DNA of 64,000 nucleotides from Octopus sinensis (GCF_006345805.1 NC_043001.1:43834001-43898000), one strand, 5' to 3'. Counted from the stretch's first letter, positions 1 to 45,385 are shown. The notes: generated by a model from the sequence alone, not told the origin. Program-made: numbers and translations.

Positions 1-463
1 CTTCCTTTCTTACTTACAAAACAAAGCCACTTTCTAACTGATTATGGTATTTTGTGTCCTTTGCTACAAGCTAGTACTTTTGTCTTTGCTTTATTGTCCT
101 TTAATTCTTACTAGTTGATACATACCTATTTAATGAATTTCTCATTAAATTTTTCTGCCGGTCTTAACCTTTTCTATATGACCTAATACATGATCTGAAC
201 TTCTCTCAGAAATTATATCTAACTTGCTCAGCCCCTACCAAACTTCATAAAGACTGCTACCATTTAGGTGTCTTTCATTTCTAGTATGTCATGGCACTTT
301 TAACATTGTTGCAATCAGACCAAAAAGAATATATATAAAAAGAAAAGCCATGATTATTTCAGTAAGAGCAAATATAACATTAGACCTATTATAATTCTAT
401 CTCGAAATATATGCCAGTGGACTAAATTTGTCCTATTTAGATGTTAGGTGATGTCCTCTGAAC

Positions 464-504
<41 letters not shown>

Positions 505-508
505 TATA

Positions 509-901
509 TCTTTATATATAAAAGTGAAGTTGTGTGTCTGTCTCCTACAATTTAGATTCCTAACTACTCCCACATTTTGTGGTGGAGTGTAACCAAAAGC
601 GCGTATCTTATAGTTGTGATTCATATCGAGTCCTTCTGGGTATTAGCGCGTGTCTACGATGAGTCTACGATTTAAAAAAAAATTTACCATCATTTTTTCC
701 CATTTTTAATGCATTTTTTTGCTATTATATAAGGGAAGTAACTCTCTAAAAATGTATTATTAAATCTCAGAACAAAAAGCTACAGTAACACCCCCCTTTA
801 TGGTTAGCCATATTGAGATGGCTATTATACTTTACATCTCTAAAAATGCTTATATAGTTATTTCCCTTACAAACCCGAGCAATGCCGGGCGATACTGCTA
901 G
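509..901 (+). mobile_element. Non-autonomous Helitron-like element
   Basis: 5' TC, 3' hairpin CCCGAGCAATGCCGGG followed by CTAG; inserted between A and T, no TSD. Confidence 0.75.
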
Positions 902-917
902 TATATATATATATATA

Positions 918-1315
918 TATTATATATTTGAAAAAATGAATAGAAATGGTTTTTCTGATAATTTTTCCACTTTAATAATTAGATATTTATGTAAACTTCA
1001 TCATCATCATCGTTTAACGTCTGTTCTCCAGGCTCGCATGGGTTGGACAGTTCAACCGGGATCTGGGAAGCCAGAAGCCTGCACCAGGCTCCAGTCTGAT
1101 CTGGCAGTGTTTCTACAGCTGGATGCTCTTCATAATGCCAACCACTCCGTGAGTGTAGTGGGTGCTTTTTACGTGCCAGGCGAGGCTGGCAACGGCCATG
1201 ATTGGATTAGTGCTTTTTACGTGCCACCGGCACGGAAGCCAGTCAAAACACTTAATTATTTAAGTGGAAAAATTACTAGAAAATCCATTTCTATTCATTT
1301 TTTCAAACATATAAT
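918..1315. repeat. Palindromic element with ~70-bp inverted arms, split by a SINE insertion
   Basis: ttgaaaaaatgaatagaaatgg...ttccactttaataatt (~925-982) is the reverse complement of ~1250-1312. Confidence 0.7.
999..1246 (-). mobile_element. SINE/LINE 3' tail ending in (GAT)n (family C)
   Basis: Homologous to 10925..11135, 29745..30100 and 57715..58085; ends in TTAAACGATGATGATG. Confidence 0.75.
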
Positions 1316-1348
1316 ACTGTAACAGGTATTTTCTATTTCTTATTCTAC

Positions 1349-1349
<1 letters not shown>

Positions 1350-1379
<30 letters not shown>

Positions 1380-2170
1380 GGGCATAAGCACACATGCATG
1401 TAAGTACACACAAACACATAGGAACACACACACACAGAGGAATGCACACACACAACCCCATGTACACACGCATACACAAACTCACGTACACACACACATA
1501 CACACACATGCACATACACACACACATGCACACACACGAATGCACACATACCTAACACAACCCCACGCACACATGCACGTACAAAAAGCGCATATATGCC
1601 TCCACACAAAACCCCTCACACACACGCACATACACATGTGCACTGCACACACATACACATGCGCACTGCACACACATACACATGCAAATACACAAAATAC
1701 ATATGCACACACATGCACACAAATAAACCCATACATACCTCCCACAAACAACACATACATGCACACAATTATACATACATGGACATATGCACATACACAC
1801 ACTCACACACACAGTAATGCACATTTACTCCACAGACACAACCCCATGCACACATATACACACATGCACATACATATACATACACACACATGCACACAGA
1901 CACAGGCACACACTGCACACAAAACACACACACACACACAACATATACATACATGCACACATATATACTTCAAACTACCTGTTAAACACCTTTCTACTGA
2001 CCATTTTCCTACATAAAAGACAGCCACTCCTACTATAAAATCTTACTGTAAATTCTTCCTATGACATTAAGCGACATATAGTCCACTAACACACATATAA
2101 ACAGCCAAAACCACACACACACACACATACGCACACACACGTTATTATCATACACACATACTCACACACA
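1350..2170. repeat. Degenerate (CA)n/(TA)n microsatellite tract
   Basis: Seen directly; source of the spurious HT/CV-rich ORFs. Confidence 0.9.
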
Positions 2171-2199
2171 GACCTGCGTGCGTGCATATACCCACACAC

Positions 2200-2460
2200 A
2201 TACCTCCTCTTGCGCTCTCCTGTCTTAGAAAGAACTTGTTTCTTCACCCATTCCCTTATAGTCATTTCAAAATGTAACCATGTGTGAATCGTTGGCAATT
2301 TTCTTCCTCTGTCTTCTCTTCTTTTGGACTTTCCTCTATTTCTGAAGAAGAGCCTTGCTCAAAACATTAAATCCTCTTTCTTTCCTTTCCTGAGCATCTG
2401 ATAATACGTTACTTGTACCTCTTCCTCGTGTTGTTGTTTTTTTTATGTTTGGAGTCACTA
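2200..2460 (+). mobile_element. Short HHR-bearing repeat (Penelope-like pLTR-type), decayed
   Basis: CTGAAGA-A-GAGC-ctt-GCTC-(A)AAAC at 2342-2365; homologous to the copies at 22090, 54410 and 62480. Confidence 0.6.
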
Positions 2461-2630
2461 TATATATATATAGTAAGAGGAGGGATATAATATCCAGGCA
2501 GATACCAAATTTCTTTGAGTAAAATGCCAAGGCTGGTTCATTCAAATGGTGCATTTTTCGATAAACCTCCTTTAGCTCCCATTTGATGTTACACTTTATT
2601 TCTTGGCTACATAGAATGTAAAGTACAATA

Positions 2631-3680
2631 TTGATAATAAGGAGAATGAAGAATTTGAACATTCAAACTTTGTTCTTTACCAGTTAGTTTATTCATAATA
2701 ATTGTCCAACACATGTTTTGATTGCACTGACTGCATATTAATATGCAGTGATTTATGCATTATGCATTATTAGTATGACCACTTCAGGATATATAAGTAT
2801 GACACTGAAGAGTAATTTTCCTCTGCTTTTAGTTTGAATTGGGTTTGATACTAGTAGTAAACTATGACATTCCTTGAGATGCTTTCTCAACTGACTGGGT
2901 AAAATCCAGCTGCAGTGTTTGTTGAAGTTGGCAGATGTTCTTTGGTAGTTGGGCTGAGGGTGGTGGTGGTGGTATTTATTAGAATACTTATTTTTGATTG
3001 ATTCTACATACTTTATAGTCACAAGGTAATAATAAAGATGCATATAAGGAATATAAGAATAGAGTTCAATTTATAAGATTATATTTAATATAACCTAAAA
3101 ACACTTTAAAGCAGTCATAATAATTAGTTAGAGGAACTTAAAATGCAACTGACTACTTCCTTTAATAACCATGTAGTTCTTACTGCCTAGTAAGTATCTA
3201 CTACTACTACTATTAAGAACTTCACAAAAAGTCAAATGATATAATCAACTCTGAAATCCATCAATATGCCTTGTGACTATAAAGTATGTTGAATCAATCA
3301 AACAACAAGTATTCTATAATTAACCCCTCCCAGCCCAACTACCCAAGAACATCTGCCAACTTCAACAAACACTGCTGCTGCTGCTGGATTTTATCTAAAC
3401 TGTTGAGAAAACTTTTCATCAAGGAATGTTATGGTTTACTACTACTACTACTACTCTCAAGCCTAATTCAAACTAATAATGGAGGAAAATTCCTCTTCAA
3501 ACAATGTCATACTTATATGCCCTGAAGTGGTCATCCTAATAATGCATAAATCACTGCATATTAATATGCAACAATATGCAGTTAGTGTGCAATCAAAACA
3601 CATATTGGACAATTATTATAAATAAACTAACTCGAAATAAACATAAAGTTTGTTCAAATTCTTCATTGTCCTTATCAAGT
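2631..3680. repeat. Diverged inverted repeat, ~400-bp arms (2631-3026 / 3269-3680)
   Basis: Arms are reverse-complementary along their length; ORF-track peptides 2753..3043(-) and 3286..3525(+) share QPNYxRTSANFNKHC. Confidence 0.85.
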
Positions 3681-4916
3681 CATTAAGAATGAAATGTCTG
3701 ATTTTGAACTGAAAGTTAATTTTACTCTATCTCAACAAAAAGCAATGCAATTAATCAAAGTATGCACCTAAATTATCAACACAATTTTGCCATTTTATTG
3801 GTAGCTTATTTATGCCAGTAGCAAAGAATTCTGGAGAGCAAGAGGTGATGAAATCACCAAAGGCTGTTTTCGCATCTTCTTCAGATTTGTTGTCTAAAGC
3901 CTGGAAAATGCGATAGTCAGTTGATGCAAGGTCTGGTGAATATGGTGGATGACTTCCAAGTTCAGTTCCTATAACTTGAGTAGCGTTCTTTGTGCAACAT
4001 GTAGTCGAGCATTGTCTTGGCTTCTCTCTATTGACCAATCTCAGTTGTTTAATTGCAAGTTCGCTCATCATTTCATCCAGTTGGTTGATGTATACATCTG
4101 CTGTAATTGACTTGCCAGGTCTCACAAAGCTGTAGTGGATGATACCAGCACTGCATCACCAAACTGACACCATTAGGTTTTTTGGTGACCATTCTTTTTT
4201 GGTTTGTGTTTTGGCACTTCGTCTCTATCCAACCACCATGCAGAATGCTTGCTATTGTTGAAAAGAATCCATTTTTCATCACATGTAACAATATGATGCA
4301 AAAATGGTTCGCTTTTATGCTGTGACAGCAAAGAACAGGAAATTTCAAGATGAAATGTCATTTGATGCTCTTTCAGTTTGTGTGGTACCCACTTGTCCAG
4401 CTTCTTTACTTTACTGATTTGTTTCAGATGGTCCAATACAGTTGGAATTGAAACATCAAACCTTGCTGCTAACTCATGTGTGGTTTGAGATGTATCCACT
4501 TCCACTACAATTTTCAGCTCATCATTATCTATCTTAGATTCAGGTCTACCATGGGGCTGATTTTCAAGAATAAAGTCACCAGACTGGAACTTCTCAAACC
4601 ACCCATGTACAGTGTGTTCATTTGCTACATCTTCACCAAACACTTCATTCATGTTTCGAGCTGTCTGGGATGCATTGATTCCATGACGGAACTCATATTC
4701 ATAAAGAACATGAATGTTTGATCTATCCATGTGTTCACAAAAATTAATTTACAAGAGAAAACTCACAAATAATCAGGCACCATGAACTGCATTTCAAAAA
4801 GTGATGATGTAACTTTTGAAATGTAAAACAAAGAATTGTTAGGATAAAACATTAGAGTTAATGACTGTCAAACTTGGTGCTTAAGAAAATTGAACATTTC
4901 ATTCTTAATAACCTGA
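3675..4916 (-). mobile_element. Mariner transposon, near full length, with frameshifted transposase (3751..4730)
   Basis: TIRs tcaagtcattaagaatgaaatgt / acatttcattcttaataacctga flanked by TA. HTH region, WVPHKL, TCDEKW and HPPYSPDLASTDY motifs. Confidence 0.93.
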
Positions 4917-5733
4917 TATATATATGTATATGTATATTTATATATATAGATATAAAAGAAAACACTACTAAGTCTCATCTTTCATTGTAATCGTATTTGC
5001 TGTGATGATAATGATAGTATTGATAATGTAGTTGTTGTATTATTAAGATAAATAGGAGAGTATAAATAATGAGATGTATGTGTTTGTGTGTGTGTGTGTA
5101 TATGTATGTATATATCTAGCTACATATATATATGTGTATGTGTGTCTTCTTGCCTTGACATCATGTGGTCGTTGTAAAAGCATGTTACTGTCATACAAAC
5201 GGTATCATTTGTTTCCAGTTTTCTGTAAAAATACATCCAAGCATGGGAAAATACGATGTTGGTTGGAAAGAGATCAAGGCTGGTGACAGGAAGAGCATTT
5301 TACTGCAGAAAATCTTCCTTAATAAATTCTGTCTAACTCATGCAAGCATTAAAACAATGTTGATGATAATGATGACGTTTAAGTTAAACTGAATCAGGTA
5401 TTCTTGTCTGATCCGCATTCTAAGATTCTATGACTGAAAAGAAAAGTCGAATCTTCGTTAATTTTTTTATTGTAATTCCATTGATATCTAGGATGCATTA
5501 AAGAACAATAAATCAACTCCAGAACATGAATGGTATTTTATTACATTGTTAGTAGAAGGATGAAGAACAATCTCATCAAAATTTGATCTCAGAATGTCAA
5601 AAAAGGAAATAGCTAAAATCTGTAAGCTATTTTATTTGATGTAATACCAATTCTGCTAGTTACCACCATTAATGGAACAGAGATGGAATTAAATACTGCG
5701 AAGAATTTAATGTGCTGCCACTTCTCTACCACC

Positions 5734-5764
<31 letters not shown>

Positions 5765-5929
5765 TACTCTGGAAGCTATAAGGTGTTACTCGGATACTCA
5801 ATTATGGGTCCACCACATTCGATAGCTGTTTTGTCATCTCATTCTTCTTATTAATGCTCTGTACTCAACTAACGCTTTGTCCAGAAGCATATGTATATTG
5901 TATTCAACACCATGTTATTAGTAATGCAA

Positions 5930-6200
<271 letters not shown>

Positions 6201-6642
6201 ATATCAGTATATTAGATGGGCTTTAACCTGTTTTTGCATACTAAATCCATTCACAGGGCTTCTGTTGGTCTGGGGGTTTTGTTACAGTTGCTAGTAGTAG
6301 TGGTGGTGGTGGTGGTGGTGGTGGCGTTAGTAGTAGTAGTAGTAGTAAGAGGAGAATAAATAAACAATTAAACCATGTTAAGCTGACACGACAGTTTTGT
6401 TTCGGAAACAATAATTTGGGGAAATATTTATTAAGTTTATTATAATGAAAGACGGAAAATTAGATTATCATTTATCATTTTCACTTTATTACATTGGAAG
6501 ATCATAAGAAAGATGAAAAGGTTTGGAAAACGAAAAACAAATCTTCCAACAAGATAGTTTTATCATTTTTTGACATTATTTTTCTATTAACCCCCAAAAT
6601 ATATGTGTGCATATATATATATATATATCCACACACACATAA

Positions 6643-6674
<32 letters not shown>

Positions 6675-6734
6675 GTAAGTATGTATATGTATATATAAAT
6701 ATATACGTATATGTGTACATATGAACACATATAC

Positions 6735-6886
<152 letters not shown>

Positions 6887-7160
6887 TATGAATAATTGAA
6901 GGGATACCTTCAAGATACAAATCAAGATACCGCATTGCACATACCAGTATATGTAGTACACAACATTTAAAAAATGGTGCTGTAGCATATTGCTTAAGTT
7001 CCAGAAACATGCGAAAGACATGTACGTATAAAAAAATAAACTGAGGCACGAAAATTAAGTCCAGTTTTCAGAATATAAACTTTGGACTCAGGCATGAGTT
7101 TCTAGAGACATATCTTAAAAATTATACACTCATTATATATGAGTATGCATGAATCTATAT

Positions 7161-7204
<44 letters not shown>

Positions 7205-7223
7205 TATATATATATATATATAT

Positions 7224-7272
<49 letters not shown>

Positions 7273-7757
7273 ATATATATATATATATATATATTCTCAA
7301 AGAACATTTGCTATCGAACTTTACATTTAAACATATGCATGAAAAAACGTAATTGAACAAAAGATAATTTGCATTTGTAGAGAGATTTATGCCTCAATAT
7401 AGAATGTATAATGACACACATTCAGATGCTGTGAGATTAATGTAAAACACACACATATATATATATATATGCATTGATCAATTTATCAACATGGTCTTCT
7501 GCACCATACTTTCATGACATTTTGTCTTGCCAGTTATAGGACACTGTATTTCGGCATTTTGATATCTCTAATGCCATTCTTGTTTTGCAGTTTCAATGCT
7601 GTTGGTGTTCACCTCCTCAAGATGGATTCCTGTCATTAGTTTCTCAGACTATGGACCTCTGCTGCAGTGTATAATTTTGTCTGTTTTTTGCCTATTGTTC
7701 TATTGCCAAAAATTTGAGCAGATCAGATGCTTCACAACAGAGTCTCCAAACCATGAT

Positions 7758-39810
<32,053 letters not shown>

Positions 39811-39975
39811 ATTTCTCACTCACAAAGAAAGCTGTAAAACAGAAAAATATAGTTTAGTTTTAAAACTCTTAAAATGGTTTAAATTTATGGCTTTTTGTAA
39901 GGCTAGTGTTTATGGCTCTTTCATAGGTAACACACACAAAAAAACATTTAAAAATTTTTTATTAACTAACCTAAT

Positions 39976-40038
<63 letters not shown>

Positions 40039-40092
40039 TGTTATCTATGTTGAACTTTTAAACTTAGTATTCAATACCTGTTACAAATAAGA

Positions 40093-40131
<39 letters not shown>

Positions 40132-40739
40132 CATACTGCAAAATGGTTTGATTCTAATTTATTAAGCCTTCTTTCCTCATCTTGAGGCCCTGTTCATTCC
40201 TTTTCCCTCTTCTCTTCTTTTATTTTATGTATTTGTATCCACTCTGATGAAGCTCTGGTTAATTACCTTTTATTAATTATTATTGTATTATCCAGGTTTG
40301 TTATAAATATATATTGAAGGTAATAATACAATTGTTTTGTTTCATTAAACAGTCTTTATTAAAAAAATAAGTGAAAGAAATAATTGTTCTTAAAAATTTG
40401 AATTGAATCACTTTTCTGTAAATCAAATTGTAAACTAGGATTTTAGAAGATTTAATTTGCTGAATGAAAATCTCAAAAGACCTGGAACTTTTGATGTTAA
40501 CTTCTACCAATTAGCATCATATTTGTTGATTGTATTCAACAGGTATGAGTTCTCTAAATGGCCTAGAAATTCCTTGATTGTAGCCACTATGCAAATAATT
40601 AGTTCTGGCTTTAAGAACTAATAATATGGCCCCTGAACAGAATCTACATATCACTTACATGTTACAATTGCTCTTTTTTCTTAACTACTACAATACATCA
40701 CGTTGTATTTCAGGTTTTCAAGATTACAGTCTTTCCATC

Positions 40740-41070
40740 CATCTATCCATCAAACTGTTTTCATCACACACTGTTCCTGGGAGGTTTGTGAGGATAGAGT
40801 TCTTGGGCACTTCAAATATTGGGTCCTATTAAAAGCTACTGTCATTACACTTTCCTGCTGAATTTCCAAGCATGACCAACTGAGACTATGCATATTATCC
40901 AACAATTTTGTTCTTGGTTTATCCCTAGGTCTCATGCCAGTCGGTTGAGCTTCAAGAACCCATCTTATGATCCTTTCCTATGACATTTTAACCACATGTC
41001 CATAGCACTGGAGTTGTGAGCTCTCAATGTAAAGTAGTGGCTCAAACTGGAGAGACCCCCGATCTCTGAG
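40740..41070 (-). mobile_element. RTE-like LINE 3' fragment, decayed
   Basis: LQCYGHVVKM...GMRPRDKPRTKLLD resembles the RTE motifs LRWxGHVxRM and GxRxRGRPxxxW. Confidence 0.65.
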
Positions 41071-41627
41071 CTATGCACCTGTCAAGTAATGTGATTCCAT
41101 AGATTTTTTGGAGGAATCCCATTTCGGCCACTTGTATTTGTGATTGTACTCTTTTGATAAATACCCACAATTTATGATCATTGGTGAGAGTTGGCACAGA
41201 AACTGAATTGTAAAATCAATTAACATAGGTAAACAATTGCAAAATATAAAAGTGCACATACATATATGTCTCCCACGTTACTCCTCTCCTACACTCATAT
41301 GCACACACATAATGTATATATGTTTTGCCTTGCAAAGATCCATAGCTAAAAATTATTTTTGAGTAAAGCTAAATAATGTATACCGGAAGTACACATGGAA
41401 ATTTGTTGTTTTATTCATTTTCTAATTTGCCTTTTTTATTTATTTTTATAAGTTTTATTATGTCAGAAGTTTTGATTATGTCTTAAATTTAATTTCATTA
41501 AGATTATTTAAAACAAAACATGAGTGGCATGACAAGCAGAATAATGTTCTATAAGGAGTTATGTATTCTATTTATGTATTCATAACATATAAGGTGGAAT
41601 CTACTTTCACAAATGCATACATATACA

Positions 41628-41684
<57 letters not shown>

Positions 41685-41701
41685 GGGTGTGTTGCCACTG
41701 A

Positions 41702-41753
41702 ACATCTGATGAGAAAGATGCATCTTACACATCCATGAAACTTTAAGTCATGT
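41702..41753 (+). ncRNA. Type-I hammerhead ribozyme, canonical core, GUC site
   Basis: ACAT|CTGATGA|GAAAGATGCATCTTACACATCCAT|GAAA|CTTTAAG|TC|ATGT; stem II is imperfect; predicted cleavage after 41749. Confidence 0.7.
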
Positions 41754-42130
41754 AGATCTGAGTCAGACTGTTATTAAATACATGTAGCTCCAACCAAATG
41801 CATTGAACGCTTCTTTCTTTCATTTGTTCACTCACACACACACACACATGCAATTCTTACATGAATTTATATAAAGAAGTATACATTTTTGTAGCTTTGT
41901 CAGAAAAAAAAATGGCAGTACTCATATCTTTCTTGCAGCCCCCACTGAGACTAATAAGAGAGAAAAAAAAAGTCAATAAACTACAACTCATGAAATTAAT
42001 GCCATAGGAAGCAATGTTTCAAGGTTTTGACAAGTTTTCTCCAGATTGAAGAACTGGTTCTAATGCTTGCTACAAAAAGGAAATTGACTCCGTTTAAACC
42101 ACAGACTCTGTCTACAGAATGAATTGAACA

Positions 42131-42231
42131 ACAATTCTTCTGATGAGTCAGATGTGACCAGATAAAATTAGGAGTTGTTTGTCAGTTTAACTGATGAATA
42201 AACTGACGAACAATCCTTAGTTTCATCTGGT
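42131..42231. repeat. Palindromic element with an HHR-like relic
   Basis: ccagataaaattaggagttgtttgtcagttta / taaactgacgaacaatccttagtttcatctgg are inverted; CTGATGA-GTC at 42140 is flanked by complementary acaattctt / aggagttgt. Confidence 0.55.
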
Positions 42232-43275
42232 TATTTAATCACGATGTTAATTTACTGATGATGCAAATAGCTGCCCAGCTAAATAAAAATCTATCATAAG
42301 CAACAGAAGCAGTATTAGATTAAAAAAAAATATCTATATATCATATTAATAGTTTTAAACACTGCTCATCCATAAGAAATATTATCTCTGGACCAATACC
42401 ATAGTAAATTTGCCTTTCATGATATATTTACATTAAATATGACACATAGACAGCTATTTTAATCTAATATAATTTATGTTGCATATAACAGATTCTTATT
42501 CAGTCGGGAGCTATTTGCTGCACCAGTGATTTGTTATTCACTGTTTTACTGATATATATGACAAATTTTGTATAGGTATGCAGCTAGCTTCTAGTACTTG
42601 CTACTGATAACACCCAATAAGGCAGAAATGCTTCTAGCATTCTCAGTAGATGCTACTGGTATGATTTTAGTCTGCCTGATAAATATTGTGTTTTTAAACA
42701 GAGCACAACCATAAGAGGTGTTATTTCCACATTAAATTTGACTTTCAATGGTGTATTTACATTGAGTATGCTACATAGATGGCTATTAAAATGAAATCGT
42801 GTTGAGAAAAGAATATTTTGCTGCTTCAAAACTCACCAATTGATCAGGCAAATACCATCATCTCAATTTCATATACACACTCCAAACTGGTCTATTTATG
42901 GAACTGAGACATGATATTTGCCTGAAAGATCCTTTGGAGGCATCATATTTTAGGATGTTATCATTTTATTTACCTAATGAAATTAGTAGATGCAAAATAT
43001 TCAGCTTGTAAATGGCATTTAGTAAATATAATAATAAAAAAAAATACAGTAATAATATCCATGTGTAAGAGAATAAATTTATGTATTGTGTGTGTGTGCG
43101 TGTGTGTGTGCGTGTGTGTGTGCGTGTGTGTGTGCGTGCAAGTGTGTGTGTGTTTCTCCACGTTTGTGGACTGGAGCAATGAGTTATACCCCTTTATGGC
43201 AAAAGCTTTCTTTATCTCAGTTGATTTCATAAGTACCAGACAACTGGCAAGCATATATCTATATCTATATCTATG

Positions 43276-43358
<83 letters not shown>

Positions 43359-43419
43359 GTTTGTCTGTCTGTCTGGCTAGCTCGCTAGCTATGTGGATAC
43401 ACATATATATATACATACA

Positions 43420-43703
43420 CAGTGGCAGACTGGGCAAGTTGCTAGCTTGCCCGATGGCACCATTAGAATCCATATACAGGGGCCCAAGTTAGTATCTAAG
43501 GGGCCCATCTCCTCAAGTTTGAGAATTTTTTATTCACTCCTGGAAGAATGCATTAATTATTTCAGCCTGGCTGTTTTTGTAGACAGTTGAAAAAAATACT
43601 TTTAACAAAAAAAAAAAAAAGAAATTCAAAGATAGGATTGTAGTTGTGGGTGGGCTCCCTTAGTCTCCTGGCAACTAATATTTTTAGACCTAGTCCACCA
43701 CTA
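43420..43703. mobile_element. hAT-like MITE
   Basis: Imperfect TIRs cagtggcagactggg / cctagtccaccacta and an 8-bp near-TSD tacataca/tgcataca. Confidence 0.6.
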
Positions 43704-43955
43704 TGCATACATACTTACGCACATTATTTGTGAGTGGAACAATAAAAATATGCATGACTTTTCTCAAGTTCCAAATGTGAATTTGTGCTAACTACATCCC
43801 AAAGATGGAGCCTTGTATCTTTGTTGGAAACCAGTTCCCTCCTCAGTGGAAGATTTATAATAATTAAAAAATAGAAGAGACATACACACACATATATATA
43901 TATATATATATATGAAGAGATACACACACACACACAAATATATATATATATATAT

Positions 43956-44201
43956 AAATATTATTCGAGACAAAACCACTATTTTGCAAAACAAACAAGG
44001 AAAGACTTAATCAATACATAAAATTTTAATAAATAGTCATAATTTGACACTGAATTATTGGAAGTCCACCTGAAGATTGTCGATCAAGACAAGAAACGAT
44101 TGTAGTGGCGGTTTTTTTGACTATTTATTAAAATTTTATGTATTGATTAAGTCTTTCCTTGTTTGTTTTGCAAAATAGTGGTTTTGTCTCGAATAATATT
44201 T
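43956..44201. repeat. Perfect 84-bp inverted repeat enclosing a 78-nt loop
   Basis: 43956-44039 is the exact reverse complement of 44118-44201. Confidence 0.93.
44066..44108 (+). ncRNA. Minimal type-I hammerhead ribozyme, canonical core
   Basis: CCAC|CTGAAGA|TTGTC-gatcaa-GACAA|GAAA|CGATTG|TA|GTGG; all stems pair; predicted cleavage after 44104. Confidence 0.85.
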
Positions 44202-44699
44202 TATAATATTTTACTATAAAATCGATTTAATCCTAAATCTGATTTTTTCCCTGTAAATTTGGATTTATTCCCTAATATTTATTATTATATATATATATAT
44301 ATATATATATTGATCATAGAATAAACATCAAATTCGAGTCACCATACTGCAGACATTTGATTATATATAAATATTACCATGGTTCTTAAACATGTAAAAA
44401 TGTACATACACATAAAAACACAGAAGGTAAAAATATATATGCGAATAAAATACAAATATATAGAACAGCCTATCAGAAAGGTAAATATAAACAACTAACA
44501 ATTCATAAAAATTCTAAAGCGTGTCATGCTACTAAATAAACTAAGATAAAATAAAATATCAATCGACTAAAAATATCTTTAAAAAGTTTTTTTTATACTC
44601 CCTTCATACAAGAGTATGTCCAAAAATTTCAATTCTTAAAACCATGGTAGGTTAGAATCCATGAACAAAAAGAGTTCCACAAAATCAATTCAAACACAC

Positions 44700-44779
44700 C
44701 TTCGGCCACTTCGGGAGCTCATTACCATGGTTCGATTACATTTAAAGTGCATCACAGCAACGATCCCCTCATCAGGATG
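44700..44779 (-). ncRNA. Decayed hammerhead motif with long stem II
   Basis: Minus strand CATC|CTGATGA|GGG...CCC|GAAG..GGCC|GAAG; the 3' half of the core is mutated. Confidence 0.4.
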
Positions 44780-44827
44780 AACAGGAAACATGCACAGAAC
44801 AGAACTAAAAAGTTCATACCATATAAA

Positions 44828-44874
<47 letters not shown>

Positions 44875-45028
44875 GCGTGTGTGTGTGTGTACATATGTGT
44901 GTGCATGTCATTGTTCAGTTTTTTTTCAAGATTTCTTGTCAATAGAGAAAGAGCCGGTTTGTAACCTAGATCCAAGGCTTCTTCATTGGAATTTCAACAT
45001 CAACAACAGGGTATTTTTGTTTGTATGT

Positions 45029-45110
<82 letters not shown>

Positions 45111-45168
45111 TGTGTGTGTGTGTGTGTATGTATGTATCTTTGTATTTATGTATGTATGTATGTATGTA

Positions 45169-45385
45169 TGAGGGGGTGCTGAAAAGTTCCTGGCTTTAAG
45201 GGTATCAGGAAAAGTCTGGTTGGAAGCCCAACCTTCCGAGCTTCTTTACAGAGCTTAGAAAAACTGAAGGACCTCTGCAATCAGTGTATGAATCTGAGAG
45301 GGGGCATATGTTGAATAAAATCATAATTAGCTGATCCTTCTGTATTTTTTTTACTCAAAGCTAGGAACATTTCAGTTCACCATCA
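45169..45385. mobile_element. Mariner-derived MITE
   Basis: Inverted homolog of 14059..14273 with TIR gagggggtgctgaaaagttcc. Confidence 0.75.

Noticed and set aside
1260-2298. Many ORFs rich in YI, HT, CV, ER or poly-I here and across the window
   Set aside because: They are translations of (TA)n, (CA)n, (GA)n and (AAT)n microsatellites, not genes.
7591-7674. Plus-strand cag|TTT CAA TGC TGT (FQCC) resembling a second tetraspanin EC2 exon
   Set aside because: It continues WCSP rather than G, hits a stop after 27 codons, and has no partner exons on the + strand.
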